A stretch of 64,000 bases of DNA from Dehalococcoidia bacterium (lineage in GTDB: Bacteria > Chloroflexota > Dehalococcoidia > UBA2979): NCBI GenBank assembly GCA_964291495.2, contig OZ219871.1, positions 1,472,001 to 1,536,000 of the forward strand, written 5' to 3'. Below, piece after piece: positions 1 through 8,880 of the stretch. The stretch's first letter is position 1, and each line of letters begins with the position of its first letter. The position numbers and the translations under genes were made by a program. Below the pieces are notes generated by a model that searched no databases, was not told where the DNA came from, and worked only from the letters and a program-made list of their open reading frames with translations.

Positions 1-60
1 ACCGAGCGTGAGGTTCTCGCCGACCCGGTGGAAGGGGGCGAGAAAGATGCCGAACTTCAT
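1..60 (-). CDS. LLM class flavin-dependent oxidoreductase, N-terminal fragment running off the window
   Basis: Reverse strand from ATG at 60 reads MKFGIFLAPFHRVGENLTLG, a typical luciferase-like monooxygenase N-terminus; only 20 codons visible. Confidence 0.6.
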   Translation of the reverse strand, partial: MKFGIFLAPFHRVGENLTLG

Positions 61-200
61 GTGTTCCGGCCGGTACGCCATAGCCGCCCGCCTTCCGGTT
101 CGTGCTCCGGCGCGCATCATAGCCTGCGCCGCCGCTACCATCGGCCCCGACGCAGGCCCGCCGCCCGGCGCGAGGGCGGGCGAGGGATGGAGGCGAGACG

Positions 201-1109
201 ATGCTGCAGCTTGGCGCGCACCTTCCGCAGAACGAGTTCGGCGACGACGTACCCGCCCTGCGCGACTACGTCGTCGGCGCCGAGGCGATCGGCTACGACT
301 ACATGATCATGGGCGAGCACATCCTCAGTCACGACGCCTCCACGCAGGCGCCGCAGACGCGCGAGGAGCCCCGGCCCTACACCCCGGACTGGGTCTGGCA
401 CGAGCCAATGGTGCTGTTCGGCTACCTCGCGGCCGTCACCGAGCGCATCAAGTTCATGCCGAGCGTGCTGGTGCTGCCGCTGCGCCAGGCCACGCTGCTC
501 GCGAAGCAGGCCGCCGAGGTCGACGTGCTCTCCGGCGGCCGCCTGATCCTCGGCATCGGCGTCGGCTGGAGCGGGCTGGAGTTCGAGGCGATGAACGAGG
601 ACTTCCGCACGCGCGGGCGCCGCGCCGAGGAGCAGATCGCGCTGATGCGGCGGCTCTGGACCGAGCCGCTCGTCGAGTTCGAGGGCCGCTTCCACCGCGT
701 GGCGGGCGGCGGCCTCAACCCGCGCCCCGCCGCGTCGATCCCGATCTGGGCCGGCGGCATGAGCGAGCCCGTGCTCGACCGCATCGGCCGCGTCTGCGAC
801 GGCTGGAGCATCCAGCGCACCTTCTACACCGAACTCTCGCCCGAGGACGCCGACGCGCACTTCGCGGAGCGGCTGGAGCAGGTGCACGCGGCCGCGCGAT
901 CGGTCGATCGCGACCCCTCGGAGATCGATCTCGGCGCGGCGATCGACGTGGTCGGGAACACCGTCGAGCAGCAGGTCACGCTGGCGCGCCAGTGGGAGGC
1001 GCGCGGGGCGACGCACCTGGCGCTGCGCACCACGCGCGCGGGCCTGGCGGAGCTCGACCAGCACCTCGAGGCGTTGCGCGCCTTCCACGAGGCGTACCAC
1101 GCCGGATAG
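201..1109 (+). CDS. LLM class, probably F420-dependent, oxidoreductase
   Basis: 302 aa; AEAIGYD..GEH, HEP..L.YLAAVT.RI, LAKQAAEVDVLSGGRLILGIGVGW, IPIWAGG motifs. Confidence 0.9.
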   Translation: MLQLGAHLPQNEFGDDVPALRDYVVGAEAIGYDYMIMGEHILSHDASTQAPQTREEPRPYTPDWVWHEPMVLFGYLAAVTERIKFMPSVLVLPLRQATLLAKQAAEVDVLSGGRLILGIGVGWSGLEFEAMNEDFRTRGRRAEEQIALMRRLWTEPLVEFEGRFHRVAGGGLNPRPAASIPIWAGGMSEPVLDRIGRVCDGWSIQRTFYTELSPEDADAHFAERLEQVHAAARSVDRDPSEIDLGAAIDVVGNTVEQQVTLARQWEARGATHLALRTTRAGLAELDQHLEALRAFHEAYHAG

Positions 1110-1154
1110 CCCCGGGTGAGACCGTTGCGAAACTCCCACAAGCCCGATCCGGCT

Positions 1155-1281
1155 CCCTCTCCCTGGGGAGAGGGCGGGGGTGAGGGGGGGCTCTCGCGCG
1201 CCTCCGAAAGCCGCGATGGCGCAACGCCATTCCTGAGGGCGGACCCTCCCTCACCCTAACCCTCTCCCTCGGAGGAGAGGG
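1155..1281. repeat. Inverted pair of family-A repeats (CCCTCACCC-nnn-CCCTCTCCC-loop-GGGAGAGGG)
   Basis: Copy at 1155-1186 in minus orientation and copy at 1248-1281 in plus orientation. Confidence 0.85.
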
Positions 1282-1353
1282 AACCGGAAGGGATGCGCTC
1301 GTGAGGGGCATCAGGCTGGACTGAACCCGACGGGGCTGTGTGTACTGTGTTGC

Positions 1354-1581
1354 ATGCGACGCATAAGCGTATACGTGGATGAAGACGTCGACGAGGCACT
1401 GACTGCCGAGGCCTCGCGTCTGGGCACGTCTCGGTCGGCCCTGGTGCGCGACGCCGTGCGGAGCGCGCTCGCAGCGTACTTCGCGGACGCCGCCGACCCG
1501 CTCGAGGAGATCGTCGGCTCCGTTGTCGATGTCGACCCAGTGGACGACATCGATGCGATCGTCTACGGCCTCGGCGCGTGA
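1354..1581 (+). CDS. CopG/ribbon-helix-helix protein, antitoxin-like
   Basis: 75 aa; MRRISVYVDE..DEAL..EA.RLG.SRSALVRDAV RHH pattern with acidic C-terminal tail. Confidence 0.8.
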   Translation: MRRISVYVDEDVDEALTAEASRLGTSRSALVRDAVRSALAAYFADAADPLEEIVGSVVDVDPVDDIDAIVYGLGA

Positions 1582-1666
1582 GGTTCGCGGCGGCCAGGCT
1601 GCGCCGAGCCGTCGCGCGTGTATCATCCGCGACCGGACGCGCGAAGCCCGAGGGACGGATAACGGC

Positions 1667-2440
1667 ATGCCCGTCGCCGAAGTCAACGGCATCGAGCTGT
1701 ACTACGAGGAGCAGGGCGAGGGCCCCGCGCTCGTCTTCCTGCACGGCGCGGCGGGCAACCACATCATCTGGTGGCAGCAACTGCCCGCCTTCCGCGACCG
1801 CTTCCGCTGCATCTCCATCGACCACCGCGGCTTCGGCCGCTCGACGGACCCCGCGGGCGAGAGCGCCGCGCGCTTCGTCGACGACCTCGAGGCGCTGCTC
1901 GACGTGCTCGGCATCGAGCGCACGGCGCTCGTCTCGCAGTCGATGGGCGGACGTACGGCGCTCGGCTTCGCCGTGCGTCACCCGCAGCGCGTGAGCGCGC
2001 TGGTGCTGGCCGACACCTCGGCCTCGGTCGACTGGCCCGAGTTCAACGAGGAGCTCGAACGGCAGCGCGCCGCGATCGGGCTCGCGAGCGGACCGCTCGT
2101 GGTGGCGGCGCTGGGCGAGAAGTTCCAGCAGCGCGACGTGGAGCGCGCCTTTCTCTACCGCCAGATCTCCGGCCTCAACCCGCCCGACGCCGCGGCGACC
2201 GCGCGGAGCGTGCCGCGCGGCCCGGCCACCCGCGCCGACCTCGACAGCTTCGGCGTGCCGACGCTGCTGATCGTCGGCACGGACGACCCGCTGACGCCGC
2301 CCGCCTCGATGCGCCGGCTGCACGAGGCGATCCCCGGCTCCGAGTACCGCGAGTTCGCGGACTGCGGCCACTCCGTCTACTTCGAGGAGCCCGGGGGCTT
2401 CAACGCCGCCGTCGCGGACTTCCTCGCACGGCATCCGTAG
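1667..2440 (+). CDS. alpha/beta fold hydrolase
   Basis: ATG 1667; LVFLHG, DHRGFGRS, SQSMGG nucleophile elbow, GTDD, GHSVYFE. Confidence 0.9.
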   Translation: MPVAEVNGIELYYEEQGEGPALVFLHGAAGNHIIWWQQLPAFRDRFRCISIDHRGFGRSTDPAGESAARFVDDLEALLDVLGIERTALVSQSMGGRTALGFAVRHPQRVSALVLADTSASVDWPEFNEELERQRAAIGLASGPLVVAALGEKFQQRDVERAFLYRQISGLNPPDAAATARSVPRGPATRADLDSFGVPTLLIVGTDDPLTPPASMRRLHEAIPGSEYREFADCGHSVYFEEPGGFNAAVADFLARHP

Positions 2441-2461
2441 GGGACGAGAGGGAGGACGCCC

Positions 2462-3304
2462 GTGGGCCTGCTCGACGGCAAGACCGTGCTCGTGACCGGC
2501 GCCAGCCGCGGCATCGGCCAGACGATCGCCGAGCACCTCGGCGCGGCGGGCGGCCGCATCGCCTGCGCCGCGCGCACGCTCAGCGAGGGCGATCACATGC
2601 TCGAGGGCTCCCTCCAGCGCACCGTCGGCAACATCCGGGAGGCGGGCGGCGAGGCGACGGCGCTGACGGCCAACCTCTCCGAGCCGGAGGAGTGCGCCGG
2701 CCTCGTCGAGCGCGCCGTCGAGGCGTACGGGCCGATCGACGTGCTGGTCAACAACGCCGTGCTGACCTACTTCACGCAGCTCGTGGACTACCCGCCGCAC
2801 CGCTGGATGCGCGCCTTCCAGGTCAACGTCCACGCGCCGTTCATGCTCTGCCAGGCCGTGCTGCCGTCGATGATCGAGCGAGGCGGCGGGGCGATCGTGA
2901 ACATCTCCTCCGGCTCGGCGATCGGGCCCGGGCGCGGGCCCTACCCCGGCCCGCCGCCGAAGGGCCGCGTCGAGTACGGCTCGACGAAGGCGGCGCTGGA
3001 GCGCTTCACGCAGGGCCTGGCCGAGGAGGTGACGCGCTTCGGCGTCGCCGTCTCCGCCGTCGCGCCCTCGCTGCCCGTCGCGACGCCCGGGACCGTGCTG
3101 CACAACGTGATCGCCGAGGGCGATCCGGACTCGGAGCCGGGCAGCCTGATGGCGGAGTGCGTCCTGCTGCTCGCGACCGAGCCCGTCGAGCGCGTCGCCG
3201 GGCGGGTCTGCTACAGCCAGCAGTTGCTCGCCGAGTACGGGCGGCTCGACAACCCTCGAGGACACATGATCGACGAGCCCGGCTCGGGCTACGCACAGAT
3301 CTAG
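2462..3304 (+). CDS. SDR family oxidoreductase
   Basis: TGASRGIG, DVLVNNA, NISS, YGSTK motifs; RBS GGAGG. Confidence 0.92.
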   Translation: MGLLDGKTVLVTGASRGIGQTIAEHLGAAGGRIACAARTLSEGDHMLEGSLQRTVGNIREAGGEATALTANLSEPEECAGLVERAVEAYGPIDVLVNNAVLTYFTQLVDYPPHRWMRAFQVNVHAPFMLCQAVLPSMIERGGGAIVNISSGSAIGPGRGPYPGPPPKGRVEYGSTKAALERFTQGLAEEVTRFGVAVSAVAPSLPVATPGTVLHNVIAEGDPDSEPGSLMAECVLLLATEPVERVAGRVCYSQQLLAEYGRLDNPRGHMIDEPGSGYAQI

Positions 3305-3331
3305 CGGGTACGCCAGCGAAGGAGGCAGGCA

Positions 3332-4222
3332 ATGGACATCCAGCAGGACAACGGGCTCTCGGCGCTCTTCGTCTCGGCCGAGGAGGAGCGAGTCTGCACG
3401 GGCTTCGTCTTCACCGAGGGCCCGGTCTGGATCGCGAGCGACAACTGCCTCGTGTTCAGCGACATCCACTCCAACCGCACCCACCGCTGGCGGCCGGGCA
3501 ACGACACCGCCGAGGTCTTCCGCGAGCCGAGCAACCACGGCAACGGCAACACGCTCGACCTCGACGGCAACGTGCTCACCTGCGAGCACTTCGGCCGCCG
3601 CGTCGCGAAGACCGCCTACGGGGGCGGCACGGAGACGCTGGTCGACTCCTTCGAGGGCAAGGCGCTGCACAGCCCGAACGACGTCGTCGTGCACAGCTCC
3701 GGGGCGGTGTACTTCACGGACCCGGACTACGGCTACGCCCGCAACCCGGAGCCGGTCGTGCGCGAGCTGGACTTCCAGGGCGTCTACCGCGTTGCGCCGG
3801 ACGGCTCGGTCAGCCTCGTCGAGGACCAGATTGAGAAGCCGAACGGGCTCACCTTCTCGCCCGACGAGTCGCTGCTCTACATCGCCGACTCGAGCGCGCA
3901 GCGCAAGATCTGGCGCTACGAGGTCAACGCCGACGGCAGCCTCGGCGACCGCACGCTCTTCGCCGACATGGAGCGCGACGAGCGCACAGGCGTCCCGGAC
4001 GGGATGAAGGTGGACAAGGACGGGCGGCTCTGGAGCACGGGCGCCGGCGGTGTTTGGGTCCTCACCCCCGAGGGCGAGCTCCTCGGCGTCGTCGAAACCG
4101 CCGAGCACGCCGCCAACCTCGCCTTCGGCGGCCCGGACTGGTCGACGCTTTACCTGACGGCGAACACCTCGGTCTACCGCGTGGAGACTGCCGTCACGGG
4201 CATCGCCCCGCACTCGAGGTAG
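3332..4222 (+). CDS. SMP-30/gluconolactonase family protein
   Basis: FTEGPVW, SPNDVV, PNGLTFSPDE, PDGMKVD motifs. Confidence 0.92.
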   Translation: MDIQQDNGLSALFVSAEEERVCTGFVFTEGPVWIASDNCLVFSDIHSNRTHRWRPGNDTAEVFREPSNHGNGNTLDLDGNVLTCEHFGRRVAKTAYGGGTETLVDSFEGKALHSPNDVVVHSSGAVYFTDPDYGYARNPEPVVRELDFQGVYRVAPDGSVSLVEDQIEKPNGLTFSPDESLLYIADSSAQRKIWRYEVNADGSLGDRTLFADMERDERTGVPDGMKVDKDGRLWSTGAGGVWVLTPEGELLGVVETAEHAANLAFGGPDWSTLYLTANTSVYRVETAVTGIAPHSR

Positions 4223-4275
4223 CGGCCCTGGGGGCGCGCACTCTTTCGAGGCTGCGCGCGCCGCCGCTGGTCTCG

Positions 4276-4780
4276 CACTCCGGCGCCGCCGGAGTGGCGG
4301 GCTGCGCCCCCTCCCCCTCACCCCCGCCCTCTCCCTCCAGGGGAGAGGGGGCCGGATCGGTGCTGCGCGCCGGGTGGATTCCGGTCCCTTCCCGTCATTC
4401 CGGCGAAAGCCGGAATCCAGGCACGCCGGCGGTGCTGCCGCCTCGATAGGTTGTTGCGCCCTCGGAGCTTCGGCGTGCGCCTCCCTCACCCTCCGCCCTC
4501 TCCCGCGGGGAGAGGGGACCGGATCAGCCCTCGGGGGCCGGTGCACCCTCGGAAGTTCCGGGTGGGGGCGTGGGGGCGCAGCCCCCACATGAAGAAAAAC
4601 TCCGGGGTGGGTGGGCGGGTTCGAGCGGCGCGCAGCGCCCGCTCGTCCGGGATGGGGGTGTGGGGGGCGCAGCCCCCCACGGCAGACTCGGGCCTGGCGT
4701 CGGGGCGCTCGTCGGCTCTTGGAGCTTCGGCGCGCGCCTCCCCTCACCCTCCGCCCTCTCCCTCGGGGAGAGGGGACCGG
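4276..4780. repeat. Intergenic mosaic of palindromic repeats
   Basis: Family A at ~4315, ~4483, ~4741; family B (CGTCATTCCGGCGAAAGCCGGAATCCA) at 4393-4419; family C module at ~4564-4680; hairpin at 4276-4296; lies between convergent genes. Confidence 0.85.
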
Positions 4781-6321
4781 AAGTCGAGCCAGACGCGGGC
4801 GATCTGGAGGCCGAGGTCGCCGGTGGCGTCGTAGAGGCGGAGGTTGCGCAACCACGGCTGGTAGACCTCGAAACGCAGCGCGCCCACCTTCTCGACCCGG
4901 TAGGCCCGCTCCAGCACGCGGTCCCAGATGCGCCGCAGCAGCTCGCGGCGCGCCTCCGGGTCCAGCTCGCCCGACTGGCGCTCCGCCCAGCCGTCGATCT
5001 GCGGGTCGCTGATGCCCCAGCGGTTGAGCGCGCCCCCCGTCACCAGCGAGTCGTGGAAGTAGGCGTCGGTGGTGAAGCCGGCGGGCGCGTAGCCGTCGGC
5101 GGCTGCGCCGTAGTCGTTGCCGCTCCAGGCGCGGTTGAACTCTGCCATGTCCAGCTCGCGCAGCGTCATCGACACGCCGAGGGCGGCGAACTGCTCCGCG
5201 ATCCGCTCGTTGGCGCGGCGGTTCGTGACGTCGTGGTAGTTGCGATAGCGCAGCTCGAAGGCGAGCGGCAGCGCGTCGGCGGCCTCGAGCATGCGTTGCG
5301 CCTCCGCCGGGTCGTGGCGCAGCCACGGCCCAAGGGCATCGCCCTGCGGCTCCTCGTCGAAGGCGAAGATCCAGGGCGTGCTCGGCAGCACCTTCGCGAG
5401 GCCCTCGTGCAGCTCCTCGGCCAGCGCCTCGCGGTCGATCGCCAGCATCAGCGCCTGGCGCACGCGCTCGTCGGCGAAGCGCGCGTTCGCGAGGTCGAGC
5501 GCGATGCCCCACTGCGAGGCGAACGCCGGCACGAGGTGCAGCCGCGTCTCCGGCAGCTCCTCGAGCAGCGCCTGTGCCTCGCTCAGCCGCTCCAGCGGGT
5601 TGCTGACGTACCCGAACTCGCCGCTGCGGAAGCCCTCGAGGCGGCGCGCCGGGTCCGGCTCGATCACCACCTCGAGGCCGTCGAGGTGGGCGGGGCCCTC
5701 CCAGTAGTCCGGGTTGCGGCGCAGCCGCAGGAGCTCGCCGGGCGTCGCCTCCTCGAGGATCAGCGGGCCGCTGCCGGCGAGGCCGCGCATTGCCTCGAGC
5801 GCGCCGCTCTCGTGCAGCTCGCGCGGGTAGATGCAGAACGAGCGGCTGCCCAGTGGCAGGTCGAAGTCGGCCTGCGGGCGGCGCAGCGTGATCTGCAGCG
5901 TGTGCGCGTCGAACGCCTCGCAGCGCGCCATCGCCGCGAGGTAGCCGCGGTGCGCGCCCTCGCGCGCGTAGCGCTCGATCGCCCAGCGCGCGTCCTCGGC
6001 GAGCAGCGGGCGACCGTCCAGCGGCGGGACGTCCTGCCAGCGCGCCTCGTCCGTGAGGTGGAAGGTGTAGGTGAGCCCGTCCGGCGAGCGCTCCCAGGAG
6101 CGCGCCAACTCCGGCTCCAGCCGCCGCTCGAAGGGATCGAAGGCGGCCCCGCCCGCGAAGCGCAGCAGCCGGTTCGCGACGAGGTTGGGCAGCATCAGCG
6201 TGCCCGCGCTGGTCGAGAACGTCGGGTCGAACGAGACGAGGTCCTGGTGCCAGCCGATGCGCAGCACGCCGCCCTCGCGCGGCTCGCCCGGCGGCTCGTC
6301 GAGCACGTAGGGCAGCGGCAA
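4744..6321 (-). CDS. ABC transporter substrate-binding protein, family 5 (DppA/OppA-like)
   Basis: GGVLRIG, PELARSWE.S.DGLTYTFHL, GSGP, RNPDYW, DERVRQAL..AIDR; start uncertain (TTG) and no signal peptide seen. Confidence 0.85.
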   Translation of the reverse strand: MPLPYVLDEPPGEPREGGVLRIGWHQDLVSFDPTFSTSAGTLMLPNLVANRLLRFAGGAAFDPFERRLEPELARSWERSPDGLTYTFHLTDEARWQDVPPLDGRPLLAEDARWAIERYAREGAHRGYLAAMARCEAFDAHTLQITLRRPQADFDLPLGSRSFCIYPRELHESGALEAMRGLAGSGPLILEEATPGELLRLRRNPDYWEGPAHLDGLEVVIEPDPARRLEGFRSGEFGYVSNPLERLSEAQALLEELPETRLHLVPAFASQWGIALDLANARFADERVRQALMLAIDREALAEELHEGLAKVLPSTPWIFAFDEEPQGDALGPWLRHDPAEAQRMLEAADALPLAFELRYRNYHDVTNRRANERIAEQFAALGVSMTLRELDMAEFNRAWSGNDYGAAADGYAPAGFTTDAYFHDSLVTGGALNRWGISDPQIDGWAERQSGELDPEARRELLRRIWDRVLERAYRVEKVGALRFEVYQPWLRNLRLYDATGDLGLQIARVWLDFRSPLPEGEGGG

Positions 6322-6368
6322 GTCCGGGTCGTTGCGCCAGAGCGGCGCGGCCGCCGCAGGCTCGCCGG

Positions 6369-8819
6369 CTATTCGAGCACCCCCGCCTCCTCGAGCCGCC
6401 GCACCTCCGCCTCGGACATGCCGAGGTACTCGCCGAGCACCTCGACGTTGTGCGCGCCGAAGACGGGCGAGGGCAGGCGCAGGCTGGGCGGGGCCTCGGA
6501 GAGGCTCCAGGCGTTGCCGTTGAGCAGCTCACCGGCGGGGTAGTCCGCGTGGAGCACGAAGCGTTGGCGCCGCTCGGCGAGGTGGGGGTCCGTGATCGCC
6601 TCGGTGGCGTCGAGGACGGGGAACGCCGGCACGCCGTTTGCCTGCAGGGCTTCCGCCAGCTCGCGCTTGTCGTGCGAGGCCGTCCAGTCGTTGATCTCGC
6701 GGTCCAGCTCCGTGCGCGCCGCGATCCGCCCCTCTCGCGTCGCGAAGTCCTCACGCGCGAGCCAGCCCTCTCGGCGAGCGAAGCGGGCGAGTGCGCGCCA
6801 CTCGCCCTCCTCGCCGCAGGCGATGGCGATCCACTGGTCCTCGCCGGCGCAGCGGTAGATGCCGTGCGGCGCGTAGTAGCGGTGCGAGTTGCCGACGGGG
6901 CCGGTGTCGCGGCCGTTCCAGCTGTAGTCGATCACCGCCTCGGCAAGACCCGCGAAGCCCGCCTCGCCCTGCGCCAGCTCGATGAACTGGCCGCGCCCGG
7001 TGCGGGAGCGCGAGGCGAGCGCGGCGAGGATCGCGAGCGTCCCGTAGGCGGAGGCGATCGGGTCCAGCTCGGCCGCTTCTTCCATCACCTGCCCGTCCTC
7101 CGGGTAGCCGTTCAGGCTCTTCATCCCGAACAGCGCCGCCAGCGACGGCCCGTAGGTGATCAGGTCCGCCCATGGCCCGTCGAGGCCCGCCGAGGGCATC
7201 GCCAGCATGATCAGCCGCGGGTGCTCGGCCGTCAGGCGGGCGTAGTCGACGCCGAACGAGCGCATCACCCTCGGTGCGTAGTTGTCGACCACCACGTCGA
7301 CGACGCCGCAGAGCCGCTCGAACAGCTCGAGGCCGTCGGGCGTCGTGAGATCGAGGGCGATCGATCGGCGGTTGCGCAGGATCCACTCCCAGGCGAGCGG
7401 CTCTGCCGGATCGAAGCTGCCGGGCACGCCGGAGCCCCAGGGGCGCTTCGTCGTCTGCACCTTCACCACGTCCGCGCCGTAGTCGGCGAGGTAGCGGCTG
7501 ACGAGCGGCCCCGCCCAGACCTGGCCGAGGTCGAGCACGCGCAGCCCGGCGAGCGGGCCGTCGGCGGGATCGGCCGCGCCCGGGAAGTCCGAGGCGGCGG
7601 CCGGTCGCCAGGCATCTGCGCGCGCGGGTGGCCGAGGCGGCGCCGTCCAGCCCTCGGCGTTCGGCTCGTCGAGGCGTGGCGGCGAGCCGGGCGGGATCCA
7701 GGGCGTCCCGGCCATGCGGTAGGGCGCGCCGGGGACGCGCGGCGGCGGCTCGACTCCCGGCGCCTCGACGAGCAGGCCGCGCTCGGCGGCGTAGTCCGAC
7801 TCGCAGACCTCGGGGACGGTGAGCACGGGCTGGAAGGGGATGCGCTCGCGGCGGGTGATCTCCCACAGCTCGGTCTTCGTCAACCGCGCGAGGTGCGCGA
7901 CCATCTCGCCGCGCAGCACGCGCTGCACCCGTTCCGCCTGGTCCGGATCGAGGTTGCGGCGGACCTGCGCCTCGCCGAGGCCTCGGATCAGCTCGTCGCG
8001 CGCCCACTCCGGGTTGCCGAGGCCGTCGAGGAACGCGGTCCAGTGCCGCCCCATGTGCGTCATCGTCGAGAGGTGGCCGTCCTTGACGGGGTAGACGCCC
8101 CAGACGCCGCCGCTCAGGTTCTGCCCGTTGCGCTGCGGGATTGCCTGGCCGAGGTAGGCGACCTGCGGGATGCCGTGCCCCCAGACCGCAACGTTGACCG
8201 CCTCGAGCGCGCTGATGTCGACGAACTGCCCGCGCCCGATGCGGTCGCGGTGGTGCAGCGCGATCAGCGTCGCCAGCGCCGCCTGCACCCCGGCGTGCTG
8301 CACGTCGGCGGCGTCGAGCGGTGCGGTCAGCGGCTCGCGCTGCGGGTCGCCGAGGCGGTAGGCGACGCCCGCGCCGCAGTAGGCGAGCAGTGGCGCGCCC
8401 TTCCACCCGGCGTAGGGCCCGCTGTGCCCGAAGGTGGTGACGGCCGTCAGCACCAGACCCGGATGCGCCTCGCGCAGCCGCGCCTCGTCGAGGCCCAGCG
8501 CCCGCGCCTCCCGCGGGTGGAAGGAGTGCAGCAGCACGTCGGCGTCGGCGAGCAGCGCCTCGAGGGCGGCGCGGCCGTCCTCGCTCGCCAGGTCGAGGCG
8601 CGCGCCGGCCTTGCCGCCGTTGAGATAGACGAACTGGCCGCTGTGCTCGCGGTCGCGCTCAGCAGCGGGGAAGGGGCCGTGCTCGCGGATCGCGTCGCCC
8701 TCGGGCGGCTCGATCTTGATGACGGTGGCGCCGAGGTCGCGCAGCAGCTTGCCCGCGTAGGCGATGGCCTTGCCTCCGCCGGCCTCGACGATGCGCAGGC
8801 CGGCGGAGGCGCCTGTCAT
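6369..8819 (-). CDS. CaiB/BaiF family III CoA-transferase with two tandem domains
   Basis: LRDLGATVIKIEPPEGD in domain 1; GPLAGLRVLDLGQVWAGP..LADYGADVVKV in domain 2. Confidence 0.9.
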   Translation of the reverse strand: MTGASAGLRIVEAGGGKAIAYAGKLLRDLGATVIKIEPPEGDAIREHGPFPAAERDREHSGQFVYLNGGKAGARLDLASEDGRAALEALLADADVLLHSFHPREARALGLDEARLREAHPGLVLTAVTTFGHSGPYAGWKGAPLLAYCGAGVAYRLGDPQREPLTAPLDAADVQHAGVQAALATLIALHHRDRIGRGQFVDISALEAVNVAVWGHGIPQVAYLGQAIPQRNGQNLSGGVWGVYPVKDGHLSTMTHMGRHWTAFLDGLGNPEWARDELIRGLGEAQVRRNLDPDQAERVQRVLRGEMVAHLARLTKTELWEITRRERIPFQPVLTVPEVCESDYAAERGLLVEAPGVEPPPRVPGAPYRMAGTPWIPPGSPPRLDEPNAEGWTAPPRPPARADAWRPAAASDFPGAADPADGPLAGLRVLDLGQVWAGPLVSRYLADYGADVVKVQTTKRPWGSGVPGSFDPAEPLAWEWILRNRRSIALDLTTPDGLELFERLCGVVDVVVDNYAPRVMRSFGVDYARLTAEHPRLIMLAMPSAGLDGPWADLITYGPSLAALFGMKSLNGYPEDGQVMEEAAELDPIASAYGTLAILAALASRSRTGRGQFIELAQGEAGFAGLAEAVIDYSWNGRDTGPVGNSHRYYAPHGIYRCAGEDQWIAIACGEEGEWRALARFARREGWLAREDFATREGRIAARTELDREINDWTASHDKRELAEALQANGVPAFPVLDATEAITDPHLAERRQRFVLHADYPAGELLNGNAWSLSEAPPSLRLPSPVFGAHNVEVLGEYLGMSEAEVRRLEEAGVLE

Positions 8820-8880
8820 TGCGGCCGTACCCGGTCCCGCCTGGCCGTCCGAATCGGCCCCGGCTGTGCGCGCGTCGCCC

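Noticed and set aside
1256-6754. 1832-aa minus-strand ORF and many other long Arg/Ala/Pro-rich ORFs in the track
   Set aside because: Shadow frames of real genes in high-GC DNA; no recognisable motifs.
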